Assembly (NCBI RefSeq): GCF_042408815.1
Contig: NZ_JBHOQR010000005.1
Span: forward strand, 3,828-67,827
DNA: 64,000 nt
Reading direction: 5' to 3'
DNA from: Thermoflexus sp.
GTDB lineage: Bacteria; Chloroflexota; Anaerolineae; Thermoflexales; Thermoflexaceae
Every line of letters begins with the position of its first letter. Position 1 is the stretch's first letter. Below are positions 37,070-45,238 of the stretch, piece after piece. A program made the translations under genes and the position numbers. The notes under the pieces are model-generated. The model made no database searches. It had not been told where the DNA came from and was given only the letters and a program-made list of their open reading frames with translations.

Positions 37070-37558
37070 TTATGGGCACGCTCCGGATCCATGGTTGAGG
37101 GCCCGCTGCACCGCATAAGCCCGCAGCCTCACCTCCGGGCCGAACACCACCTGCATCACAGGCGTGATCATCGTAAATGAATATGAGGTGGAAACCGTGA
37201 TCGGCGTGCCGAAGCAGATCTGTCCCGGATTGTTCGGCATGATCACGATCGTGACCCGGTAGGGATCCAGAGGAGTTCCGGGCGTGTGCTGGATCGCGAT
37301 GAACGTTCGATCGTAAGCGTTATTGGGGGTCGCGCATGAAGGCCCGTCGGCCGCGCTGATGCAGCGCGGATTCATCGCCGCGTAGAGCGCTCCCTCGCCC
37401 GCCGCATCCTGGATCGCCACCCACGCCATATACATCCGGCCCAGATCCAGCACCCCGGTGAGCAACAGCAACAACACGGTGGCCGCCAGAGCGAACTCCA
37501 CCAGGCTCTGGCCGCGCTGGCGATGATCATGAAAGCAGTGATTCCAGCCGGATCCCAC
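37070..37558 (-). CDS. tadE: TadE-like pseudopilin
   Basis: ..RQRGQSLVEFALAATVLLLLLTGVLDLGRMY.. TadE N-terminal pattern; GTG start assumed. Confidence 0.75.
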   Translation of the reverse strand: MGSGWNHCFHDHRQRGQSLVEFALAATVLLLLLTGVLDLGRMYMAWVAIQDAAGEGALYAAMNPRCISAADGPSCATPNNAYDRTFIAIQHTPGTPLDPYRVTIVIMPNNPGQICFGTPITVSTSYSFTMITPVMQVVFGPEVRLRAYAVQRALNHGSGACP

Positions 37559-37576
37559 TGTCCTCTCCCCCCGCGC

Positions 37577-38137
37577 TCACGGCTTGGGCATGGCGATCCC
37601 GCTGATCGGAACCACGGAGCGCATCCCGGCGAAACGGAGCGGGAGGTTCGATACAAAGGGCCGGATCAGAGGGGTGGCCGCGCTCACCTGGGATTGAACG
37701 TCCACATAGACCAGGTCGTTCAGGGCCAGGACATCTGTAGTAGGCAGCCCGATCTGCGCCGGATCCGAAGAGCACCTGCCCAAGGGAAGGAAGGATCCAC
37801 TCCCATCGGGACGACGATACTCCACCGTGATCGTCACCTGGCTCCGAGGCGTCAACGCCAATGTCCCATAAGCCCGGTTCAGGACCTCGTTGCACTCGGC
37901 GATGGTCACCTTCCCGCGATCCGCATCATTGCTCCGATGGATGGTTACGGCGGCCGCTCGCAACGCTTCCCGCGCCGCGTTGGAGACCTCGGTGTAGATG
38001 AAGAGGACCCGTCCGAACTCCATGATGCCCAGCATGAACAGCAACAGCACCGGGAAGACCAGGGCGAACTCCACCAGGCCCTGCCCACGATTCCTGGATC
38101 CCCTCCACGATCGTCTCGCCAGCCCCCGGAAAGTCAT
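37577..38137 (-). CDS. tadE: TadE-like pseudopilin
   Basis: ..SRNRGQGLVEFALVFPVLLLFMLGIMEFGRVLF.. TadE N-terminal pattern. Confidence 0.8.
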   Translation of the reverse strand: MTFRGLARRSWRGSRNRGQGLVEFALVFPVLLLFMLGIMEFGRVLFIYTEVSNAAREALRAAAVTIHRSNDADRGKVTIAECNEVLNRAYGTLALTPRSQVTITVEYRRPDGSGSFLPLGRCSSDPAQIGLPTTDVLALNDLVYVDVQSQVSAATPLIRPFVSNLPLRFAGMRSVVPISGIAMPKP

Positions 38138-38226
38138 AAATCTCTTACCTCCTTTGAGGAAACCGCCTCGCCCGGCGGGGAGGTTACGGGTCCCGTTCTT
38201 CCCGCCTCTACCGGACCCTCGGGCTA

Positions 38227-38254
38227 TTGACGGTTTGAGAAATTTTAATATAAT
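38227..38254 (+). promoter_or_regulatory. Near-consensus sigma70 promoter for the plus-strand tad operon
   Basis: TTGACG(38227-38232), 16-nt spacer, TATAAT(38249-38254), in a 190-bp AT-rich divergent spacer. Confidence 0.55.
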
Positions 38255-38328
38255 GTGGAGGGAGAAGGGGCGAAAGAAGGTATATTTATAAACCGTTTTC
38301 GAGGGCCTTTAGGATACGGGAGGGATCG

Positions 38329-38931
38329 ATGCGTCGATGGACATGGAGAGGACGGAGAGCCCAGAGCATCGTGGAGCTAGCGATCCTGCTGCCCCTCTTC
38401 CTGATCCTCATCGCCGGCCTAACCGAACTGGGGTTCGCGATCGCTGCATATCTTTCTCTCCAGGATGCCGTGCGGGAGGCCGCCCGCTTCGGGGCCGACG
38501 GCGATCCTTGTCTGTATGCCGATCATCAGGAGGATCCCCGAGACCCTGGCGCCGTTTGCGACAGTGACCTGTTCATGACCCCGGTTTCCCAACGCTTCGA
38601 TGAAGCCTTCCGTCCATACACGATGAACGCGAGCCTGGGGGACGATCTGGTGATCTCCGCCTTCGGCATCCGACAGGACGGCACGCTGGCCTGGCGGCTC
38701 CCCCGCAATGCCCCTAACGGGTGGTCCCGTTTCCGCAATCGGAGCTCCCGGGTCACGGATGCGGCGATCGCCGCCCAGATCGGCCACTCCCCCAGCAAAG
38801 GGGTACTGGTGGTGGAGGCGTATTACCACTACCGCCAGCGTCTGGGCCTGTTCACCTGGGCGTTCCCGGAAATCATCCCGATGTATGCATCGGCCTGGAT
38901 GCCGCTGCCTTCGGTGGATCCGATGGAATGA
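38329..38931 (+). CDS. tadE: TadE-like pseudopilin
   Basis: ..RGRRAQSIVELAILLPLFLILIAGLTELGFAI.. TadE N-terminal pattern. Confidence 0.8.
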   Translation: MRRWTWRGRRAQSIVELAILLPLFLILIAGLTELGFAIAAYLSLQDAVREAARFGADGDPCLYADHQEDPRDPGAVCDSDLFMTPVSQRFDEAFRPYTMNASLGDDLVISAFGIRQDGTLAWRLPRNAPNGWSRFRNRSSRVTDAAIAAQIGHSPSKGVLVVEAYYHYRQRLGLFTWAFPEIIPMYASAWMPLPSVDPME

Positions 38932-38990
38932 ACGAGGCGCAGGTCGGCAGGGCTTCTCCGGCGCCCCAAGGGAGATCAGGAGGTGGAGCT

Positions 38991-40502
38991 ATGCGCCGCC
39001 GCGGGCAGATTGTGGTTCTCTTTGCCTTGATGCTGGTGGGGCTGCTGGCCCTGGCCGGCCTGGCGATGGATGGCGCCCGCCTCTATGCTGCCCGACACCG
39101 CCTGCAGCACGCCCTGGATGGAGCGGCCCTGGCCGGCTCCAACCAGTTCCGCGTCGGCCGCACCCTTGCCGATATCCAGCAGGCCGCCCGGGATTTCCTG
39201 ACCGCTCAGGGCTTCGATGTGGCCACCATCCGGGTCTATACATGCGATGACCCAGGCCCTTACGCCGCGGAGCTCTGCACCACTCCCCGTCGCAAGCTGG
39301 TGCGCGTCGAAGCCGAGGTCGTCGTCCCTATGACCTTCATGCGGGTGGTGGGTTGGTCGAGCGCGCGGCTCTCCGGCTCCGCGACCGGAGAGGCAGCCTC
39401 CGTCGATCTGGTGCTGATCATTGACAACTCGGAGTCAATGGCTTATGACACCCGGATGGTGCTCACTCAGGGTAACCCCATCGTCTGCATTCCCACGGAC
39501 TCCCCCAACCCCAATCCGGAATGCCCCAAACCCCAGAAGCCGCACTTCTGCAACCCCCATGATATCTGCGAGCCTTTCCGCTCCGTGCGCCAGGCGGCTC
39601 GCGAGTTCGCCGAGCGGATGTATTACCCCTACGATCGCGTAGCTGTGGTCTCCTTCGACCGTCAAGCCCGCCTGCTGGTGGATCTCAACGGGGGGACGAG
39701 CCTCGCCACTGTTCAGAACGCGATCCAGAGCATCCAGGTTTACGACCCCGCCCAGAACGCCCAAACTGCGAAATGCGCCGGGATGGATTGCACCTCTGGA
39801 AATTGCCGTCCGGTTTCTGTGCTGGTGCCGGGGCCAGACACTGACCCACGCCCATGCCCCAGTAGCAACGTCCAAGGAGCTCTCCGCTTGGCCTACAATA
39901 TCCTGGCCACCCAAGGACGGCCAGCGGAGACCGGCGCCCTTTGGGCCATCGTGATGCTGAGTGACGCCGCGGCCAACGCCACGGATCCCTCTCCAAGCTC
40001 GCCGGATCCGGTAGCGAGGGACTTCGGGCTCTGCCCTCGCTACAACCCACCCCCCAGCTGGGGTGCGCCCACCTGGTACTGGGGGGATCCGGGGTACCGT
40101 CCGTTTTGTCAGGATGGCGACTTCGAAACGCGTCATCCCCCATCTGATCCCCGATATGATGCGGAGGACGCCGCGCTCGATATGGTGGATGTGCTCCGAG
40201 AGGCCAACATCGTGGTCTTCTCCATTGGCTATGGCAGCGGAATGCACAACCTGAACGTACGCCCGGGCCAGGGACGGGATCCAGACGTTGGGGAGAAGTT
40301 CATGCGCTACTTGGCCGACAGCACCGATGGCAACAATCAGGCGGACTGCCTGCAGAGCGGAAGCGACTGGTTCAGCCCAGGGGCGGTCTGGAAGCCGCAG
40401 GGGCAGTCATGCAGCAACTATTTCTACGCCCCGGACGCTGCAACGCTGCAGCAGATCTTCCGTGAGATCGCCCGCCGGATTTTCACCCGTTTGAATCGAT
40501 AG
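38991..40502 (+). CDS. tadG: TadG-like N-terminal domain fused to von Willebrand factor A domain
   Basis: MRRRGQIVVLFALMLVGLLALAGLAMDGARLY.. (Tad N-terminus); MIDAS motif DLVLIIDNSESM; GGAGG RBS before ATG 38991. Confidence 0.85.
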   Translation: MRRRGQIVVLFALMLVGLLALAGLAMDGARLYAARHRLQHALDGAALAGSNQFRVGRTLADIQQAARDFLTAQGFDVATIRVYTCDDPGPYAAELCTTPRRKLVRVEAEVVVPMTFMRVVGWSSARLSGSATGEAASVDLVLIIDNSESMAYDTRMVLTQGNPIVCIPTDSPNPNPECPKPQKPHFCNPHDICEPFRSVRQAAREFAERMYYPYDRVAVVSFDRQARLLVDLNGGTSLATVQNAIQSIQVYDPAQNAQTAKCAGMDCTSGNCRPVSVLVPGPDTDPRPCPSSNVQGALRLAYNILATQGRPAETGALWAIVMLSDAAANATDPSPSSPDPVARDFGLCPRYNPPPSWGAPTWYWGDPGYRPFCQDGDFETRHPPSDPRYDAEDAALDMVDVLREANIVVFSIGYGSGMHNLNVRPGQGRDPDVGEKFMRYLADSTDGNNQADCLQSGSDWFSPGAVWKPQGQSCSNYFYAPDAATLQQIFREIARRIFTRLNR

Positions 40503-40538
40503 ACGGGTTTTCCGTCGCATGGCTGAGGAGGGGGAATC

Positions 40539-41429
40539 ATGCGCCGAATGGCCCAAGGGACGCTGGAGTTCGCCGTGGCCCTGCCGATCTTTCTCCTTCT
40601 GGTTTTCATGGTTATCGAGCTGGCCCGGGTGTTCTACGCGTGGGCGACCATCGAGAATAATGCCCGGGCGGCGGCCCGCTATCTCTCCACCGGGCAATAC
40701 GACCCGGCCTTCTGCCTCAGCGGCTGCGCCGATGAGGCGGATCGGGAACAGGCTCGGCTCCGGGCCGGCCTGGAACGAGGTCGGGAGATCCTTTACGGCC
40801 TCCTGATCACGCAGTTCGGAGAGCAAGCCGGGGGGCCGGGCTCCGATGCCCCAGGTTTCTATGGGGTCACGATCTGCAGCAGCCGGCCGGGCTTTGAGTT
40901 CGATCCGGCTACGCTGCGCTGCGTCCCAGGGAACGATGCCGGGGGCCCTGGGGATCGGGTCGTGGTGGTGGTCCGCCACAACCATATGATCATCACCCCC
41001 CTCCTCCGGCCCATTGTGGCCTATATCCCCCTGATCGCCCGCCGCGAGGTGATCAACGAGCGCTTCCGGACCGTCCGCCTGTTGGGGCTGCCGCCGGAGA
41101 TCCCGACGGTCGTGCCGCCGCCGACGCCTACGTTCACGCCGGCTCCCACGGATACCCCCACGCCCCCGCCGCCGCCGACGGCTACGCCGACGCCAACAGC
41201 TACCTTCACGCCCACGCCCACTCGCACCCCGACGCCGACGGTGTGCCCGCCCGGGGTTTGCACCCCCACCCCCACTCCTACACCCACCCGTACCTGGACG
41301 CCCACGCCGACTCCTACCCGCACGCCCACCCGTACCCCGACGCCAGTGTGGACGCCCACCCGCACGCCCACCCGCACCCCGACGTCCACGCCGACGATGA
41401 CGCCCACGCCGGGTGGCTTTGACGGGTGA
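40539..41429 (+). CDS. tadE: TadE-like pseudopilin with ~110-aa C-terminal Pro/Thr-rich tail
   Basis: [33 protein letters not shown].. then [28 protein letters not shown]...[11 protein letters not shown]. Confidence 0.75.
   Translation: MRRMAQGTLEFAVALPIFLLLVFMVIELARVFYAWATIENNARAAARYLSTGQYDPAFCLSGCADEADREQARLRAGLERGREILYGLLITQFGEQAGGPGSDAPGFYGVTICSSRPGFEFDPATLRCVPGNDAGGPGDRVVVVVRHNHMIITPLLRPIVAYIPLIARREVINERFRTVRLLGLPPEIPTVVPPPTPTFTPAPTDTPTPPPPPTATPTPTATFTPTPTRTPTPTVCPPGVCTPTPTPTPTRTWTPTPTPTRTPTRTPTPVWTPTRTPTRTPTSTPTMTPTPGGFDG
41110..41415 (+). repeat. Low-complexity Pro/Thr(-Arg) codon repeat within the tadE-like CDS
   Basis: Iterated ACG/ACC-CCN(-CGC) units encoding TPTPTRTP; it also creates a spurious Arg/Gly-rich antisense ORF. 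Confidence 0.8.
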
Positions 41430-41457
41430 ACAGAGCGAAAGAGAGGAGGAGTCAAAG

Positions 41458-42609
41458 ATGCAAAGGGGGAGGGTCGTCCGGCTTATGGGACTCATTCTAA
41501 TAGGACTGGGGCTTCTGGGCGCCCTGATCGGACGCGGGAGCGCCCAGACCCTTCCGCCCCCGCCCCCTCCTCCATGGCCGGCTCCTCCTGCCCCGGCGCC
41601 GGGGATGTATGCTGCTGAGACGCCTCCCAACGCCCGATGGCAGACCATGACCATCGGCATCGCGGATCCGGGAAACCCCTATCTCCCGATCACCCGGGAA
41701 AACCGGGTTGAGAATGCCACCGTGAGCTCCCTGCGCCTTGGGTTTGGAGGGCTCACATTCCCGGAGCTGATCACCCGTGTGGAGGCCTGGGCAGAGCCTC
41801 AGGATGGCAGCATCACCTGGACGGTGGAACCCACTGGGGTGGTGTTCTATAATGTGCAGCCGACTCATACCCTCTTCGCCTCCTGGGTCACCACGGCCTA
41901 CGCCCGATATGAGCCGCCGGAATACGAGATCACCGTTGGGACCATCGGGCGGGAGGGCTTTGATTTCGCCACCGGGATGGCGGTGCAATTGCCCGCGGGC
42001 GTCTATACGGTTACCTATGCCCGGATCGTCTCCACCAGCCACGAGGGGTTGAGCCCTTTTCCCCTTTACGTGCCCGGAGGCCTCGTCTGGCCGATGGCGC
42101 GCTTCACCACCACCCCAGAGAGCCGGGCATGGGTCACATATACCTTCCGCCTGGGGGATCTGCGGAATCGATCGGAAGCCACGCTCCCGGATCTGATCCC
42201 CCTCACCCTGACCTTGCGGATCCATAGGGGAAGCACTCAGGTGAACGCATGGATCCGCAATGCGGGCGCCGCCGCGGTCCCATCACGGGTCGGCGGCTTT
42301 CTGGTCGCTTTGCAGCAACGCGCCCCTGGCGATCCCCCGGCCAGCCCGACGGACGGCGGGGGGTTCGAGACGTGGATGCAGGGACCCACCGGTGTGTGGC
42401 TTCCTCCTTTGAGCCCCGGCCACGAGGTTCTGATCACGGGAACCGCCTCGCTCCAGCCCGGTCGATGCCTGTTCCTGAACGTGGATGTGGATCCCTTCGG
42501 GGAAAGCCCTCTGACCGGGCGGGTCTGGGAGGCCCGGGAGGACAACAACGTGGCCGGGATCTGCCCACACGTCCTCTTCCTCCCTCTGATCCTGCGCAGT
42601 CCTCCGTAA
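41458..42609 (+). CDS. Secreted/anchored protein with C-terminal CARDB-like domain, unknown function
   Basis: N-terminal signal/anchor (LMGLILIGLGLLGALIGRGSAQ), poly-Pro, C-terminal CARDB-like block (PDLIPLTLTL..NAGAAAV...EAREDNN), ends ..LFLPLILRSPP; GAGGAGGA RBS. Confidence 0.65.
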   Translation: MQRGRVVRLMGLILIGLGLLGALIGRGSAQTLPPPPPPPWPAPPAPAPGMYAAETPPNARWQTMTIGIADPGNPYLPITRENRVENATVSSLRLGFGGLTFPELITRVEAWAEPQDGSITWTVEPTGVVFYNVQPTHTLFASWVTTAYARYEPPEYEITVGTIGREGFDFATGMAVQLPAGVYTVTYARIVSTSHEGLSPFPLYVPGGLVWPMARFTTTPESRAWVTYTFRLGDLRNRSEATLPDLIPLTLTLRIHRGSTQVNAWIRNAGAAAVPSRVGGFLVALQQRAPGDPPASPTDGGGFETWMQGPTGVWLPPLSPGHEVLITGTASLQPGRCLFLNVDVDPFGESPLTGRVWEAREDNNVAGICPHVLFLPLILRSPP

Positions 42610-42699
42610 ATTCTCCCGCCTGCCCTCGCCTCCAGTAAAATCAACAACCGGGAAGGGACCTCCCGGACGGCACGCCGGAACAGGGAACCGGAGGCATGG

Positions 42700-44223
42700 A
42701 TGATCCGCCGGTGGGAACGCGGGATGATCGGATTCGGGGTGGCGTTGCTGGTCGCCTGCCTGGCCCGGCCGGTGATGGTGACCGTCATCGCGGACGGCCA
42801 GCGCCGCATCCTCTATGCCCGCGGTCCAACGGTCCGAGAGGCGCTGGCCCAGGCAGGCATCCTCCTCGGGGATCTGGATCGGGTTACGCCGCCGGAGAAC
42901 CTGCCCATTCGCCCCGGGATGGTGATCACGGTCACCCGTATCACCCAGACCCTGGAGGTACAGGAGGTCCCGATCCCGTTCCCCCGACAGATCCTGAAGG
43001 ACGCCCGGCTGGCTCCCGGGGAAAACCGCCTGATCCGCCGGGGCGAACCCGGCGTCGAACGGGTGACCGTCCGGATCACATGGGCCGATGGCCAACCGGT
43101 GGAGCGCCAGGAGATCCACCGGGAACGCCTGCGGGATCCGGTTCCCGAGATCGTGGCGGTCAGCTTGCTGGGCGAGGTGGTCTCTATGCCGATCTCCGGC
43201 ACGCTGGTCTTCCTGGCCCATCGAGACGCATGGCGCGTCGCTGGGGAAACGACCCGGATCCTGCCGCTCACGAACCTAGGGGATCTGGACGGACGGATCT
43301 TCACGTTGTCTCCCGATGGCGGCCTCCTCCTGTTCTCCCGCTCCCCCCTGACATCCCCCCGCCCGCTCCTGAACACCCTCTGGGGGCTGAACCTCCGCGC
43401 CGATCCGCCACGCCCGCAGCCAGCCGGGCTGGAAAACGTGCTCTGGCTGGAATGGTCCCCCCGGGGGGATCGTCTGGCCTTTGCCACTGGGGAGCCGAGC
43501 CCCGGGCCGCCAGGCTGGCGGGCGCATAACGACCTCTGGATTGGCCGATGGACAAACGGACGGATTGAAGCCCGCCAGGTGCTGACGCCGACCGCTGGCG
43601 GCCCTTACGGATGGTGGGGCATGGCCTGGGCCTGGTCTCCGGATGGCCGCCGTCTGGCCTTCGGGCGCACGGATGGGATCGGGATGCTGGATCTGGGGAG
43701 CCTACAAGTGACCATCCTGCTCACCTTCCCGGTTTATGAAACCCGGAGCGCCTGGGCCTGGGTGCCCGCCCTCGCCTGGTCCCCGGATGGCCGATACCTC
43801 GCTGCCCTCGTTCATGGCCCTCCCCGCTCCGGAGAGCCCCCCGAGCAATCCACCCGCTTTGATCTCTGGATCCTGGCCGTGGATGCCGGATGGGCGCGCC
43901 CGTTGATCGAGGATGTCGGGATATGGGCGGGCGTGCTCTGGAGCGACCAGGGCCTCTTTTTCGGCCAGGCCCATCAGCCCGAGGCCGGGGACGCTTCCCG
44001 TTATGACCTCTACTGGGCCGATCACGATGGGAGCGATCGACGGCGCTTATTCCCGCCAGAGGGGGAGATTGGCTTCGGCGGCCAGCCCGATATGCGCTGG
44101 GGACCCGACGGGCGAAGCCTCCTGGTGCGCTATCAGGGGGACCTCTACCGGATTGCCCTCCCTTCCGGCCGGATCGATCGCCTCACCGCTCGGGGGGACA
44201 TCGCGGCGATGGCATGGCGCTGA
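42700..44223 (+). CDS. Membrane-anchored DUF348-G5 domain protein fused to WD40-like (TolB/PD40-type) beta-propeller
   Basis: TM anchor; DUF348-like (VTVIADGQRRILYARGPTVREAL); G5 (LAPGENRLIRRGEPGVERVTVRITWADGQPVE); repeated WSPDGRxLAF/WGPDGRSL propeller blades. Confidence 0.8.
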   Translation: MIRRWERGMIGFGVALLVACLARPVMVTVIADGQRRILYARGPTVREALAQAGILLGDLDRVTPPENLPIRPGMVITVTRITQTLEVQEVPIPFPRQILKDARLAPGENRLIRRGEPGVERVTVRITWADGQPVERQEIHRERLRDPVPEIVAVSLLGEVVSMPISGTLVFLAHRDAWRVAGETTRILPLTNLGDLDGRIFTLSPDGGLLLFSRSPLTSPRPLLNTLWGLNLRADPPRPQPAGLENVLWLEWSPRGDRLAFATGEPSPGPPGWRAHNDLWIGRWTNGRIEARQVLTPTAGGPYGWWGMAWAWSPDGRRLAFGRTDGIGMLDLGSLQVTILLTFPVYETRSAWAWVPALAWSPDGRYLAALVHGPPRSGEPPEQSTRFDLWILAVDAGWARPLIEDVGIWAGVLWSDQGLFFGQAHQPEAGDASRYDLYWADHDGSDRRRLFPPEGEIGFGGQPDMRWGPDGRSLLVRYQGDLYRIALPSGRIDRLTARGDIAAMAWR

Positions 44224-44284
44224 AGGCCGGGTTCCCTGTGGAGACAGCTCCTTCCACCGTTCGGAGCGGACGGCCATGGCCTGT

Positions 44285-45136
44285 TTATGGATCCATCCCG
44301 ATCCGGAATCCGGGATTTTCATTCGCCGGGGGAATCCGGGTGAAGCGAGGGCCTGTTACCGCCTGCCCGGCCGGGGTCTGTCGCCTCCGAAAATCTGCTG
44401 GAGCAGAGAGGGGATAGAGGTAGCGGTGGGGGATGGCAGGGAAGTCGGCGTAAACCCCGCGTCGCTCCGGCGGCAGCAACGCCGCGATCTGTGCCATCAG
44501 CTCATCCGTCGCCTCCCGCAGCGCCTCCCGGCTCCGCTCCTCGGGGATTTCCACCCGGAAAGGCGGGCCGAAAACCACCCGCACCGGTGTGCGCCGGAGC
44601 CGGCGGATATTGAACTTGAAGCGATCGGTTCCATCCACGCCCACCGGCACGATCGGGGCGCCCGTGCGCCAGGCCAGGTAGACAGCTCCCTCTTTCCCCG
44701 GGATCAGCGCGCCGGTGGGGCTGCGAGTGCCCTCCGGGGCGATAAGCAACACCCCGCCCATCCGAAGCACTTCCAGGGCGGTCTGGACGGCCCGGCGATC
44801 GACCTCCCCCCGTCGGACCGGGAAGGCATCGAAGGCGGTGACCAGGGGGCCCAGCACGACATCGCGGAAGACCTCGGCCTTGGCCATGGGGAGCACCTTG
44901 CGCCGTAGGAGGCTGACCACCAGCACTGGATCCAGGAAGCTGATGTGATTGATGGCCAGGATCACAGGCCCAGCGGGGGGGATATTCTCCAGCCCCACGA
45001 CCTCCAGGCGCAGCACCAGCCGGTAAGCGAGATGAAGCAAGAAGGTCAGGAAGCGGCGCAGCCACGAGTGCCGATGGACCCGCGTGGCCGTCGCCCAGCG
45101 GGAAGCCCGTTGGAATACCTGTCCCGTTTCCGTCAT
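44285..45136 (-). CDS. plsC: 1-acyl-sn-glycerol-3-phosphate acyltransferase
   Basis: HX4D motif NHISFLD and PEGTRS block; ATG 45136 (MTETGQV..) chosen. Confidence 0.85.
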   Translation of the reverse strand: MTETGQVFQRASRWATATRVHRHSWLRRFLTFLLHLAYRLVLRLEVVGLENIPPAGPVILAINHISFLDPVLVVSLLRRKVLPMAKAEVFRDVVLGPLVTAFDAFPVRRGEVDRRAVQTALEVLRMGGVLLIAPEGTRSPTGALIPGKEGAVYLAWRTGAPIVPVGVDGTDRFKFNIRRLRRTPVRVVFGPPFRVEIPEERSREALREATDELMAQIAALLPPERRGVYADFPAIPHRYLYPLSAPADFRRRQTPAGQAVTGPRFTRIPPANENPGFRIGMDP

Positions 45137-45238
45137 ATCCTGGCCGCTGAATCCAGATCGTAGAATGCCGGCAGAAATCAAAAATTGAGGAACGCAGCGG
45201 GTTTCCCCGCTGCGCAACCCCTGATGCGATCGGTATTC

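Noticed and set aside
40407-41660. 417-aa minus-strand ORF, extremely Arg/Gly-rich
   Set aside because: It is the complement of the Pro/Thr codon repeat in the tadE-like gene (CGN/GGN from NCG/NCC). The plus-strand frame has the TadE signature and an RBS.
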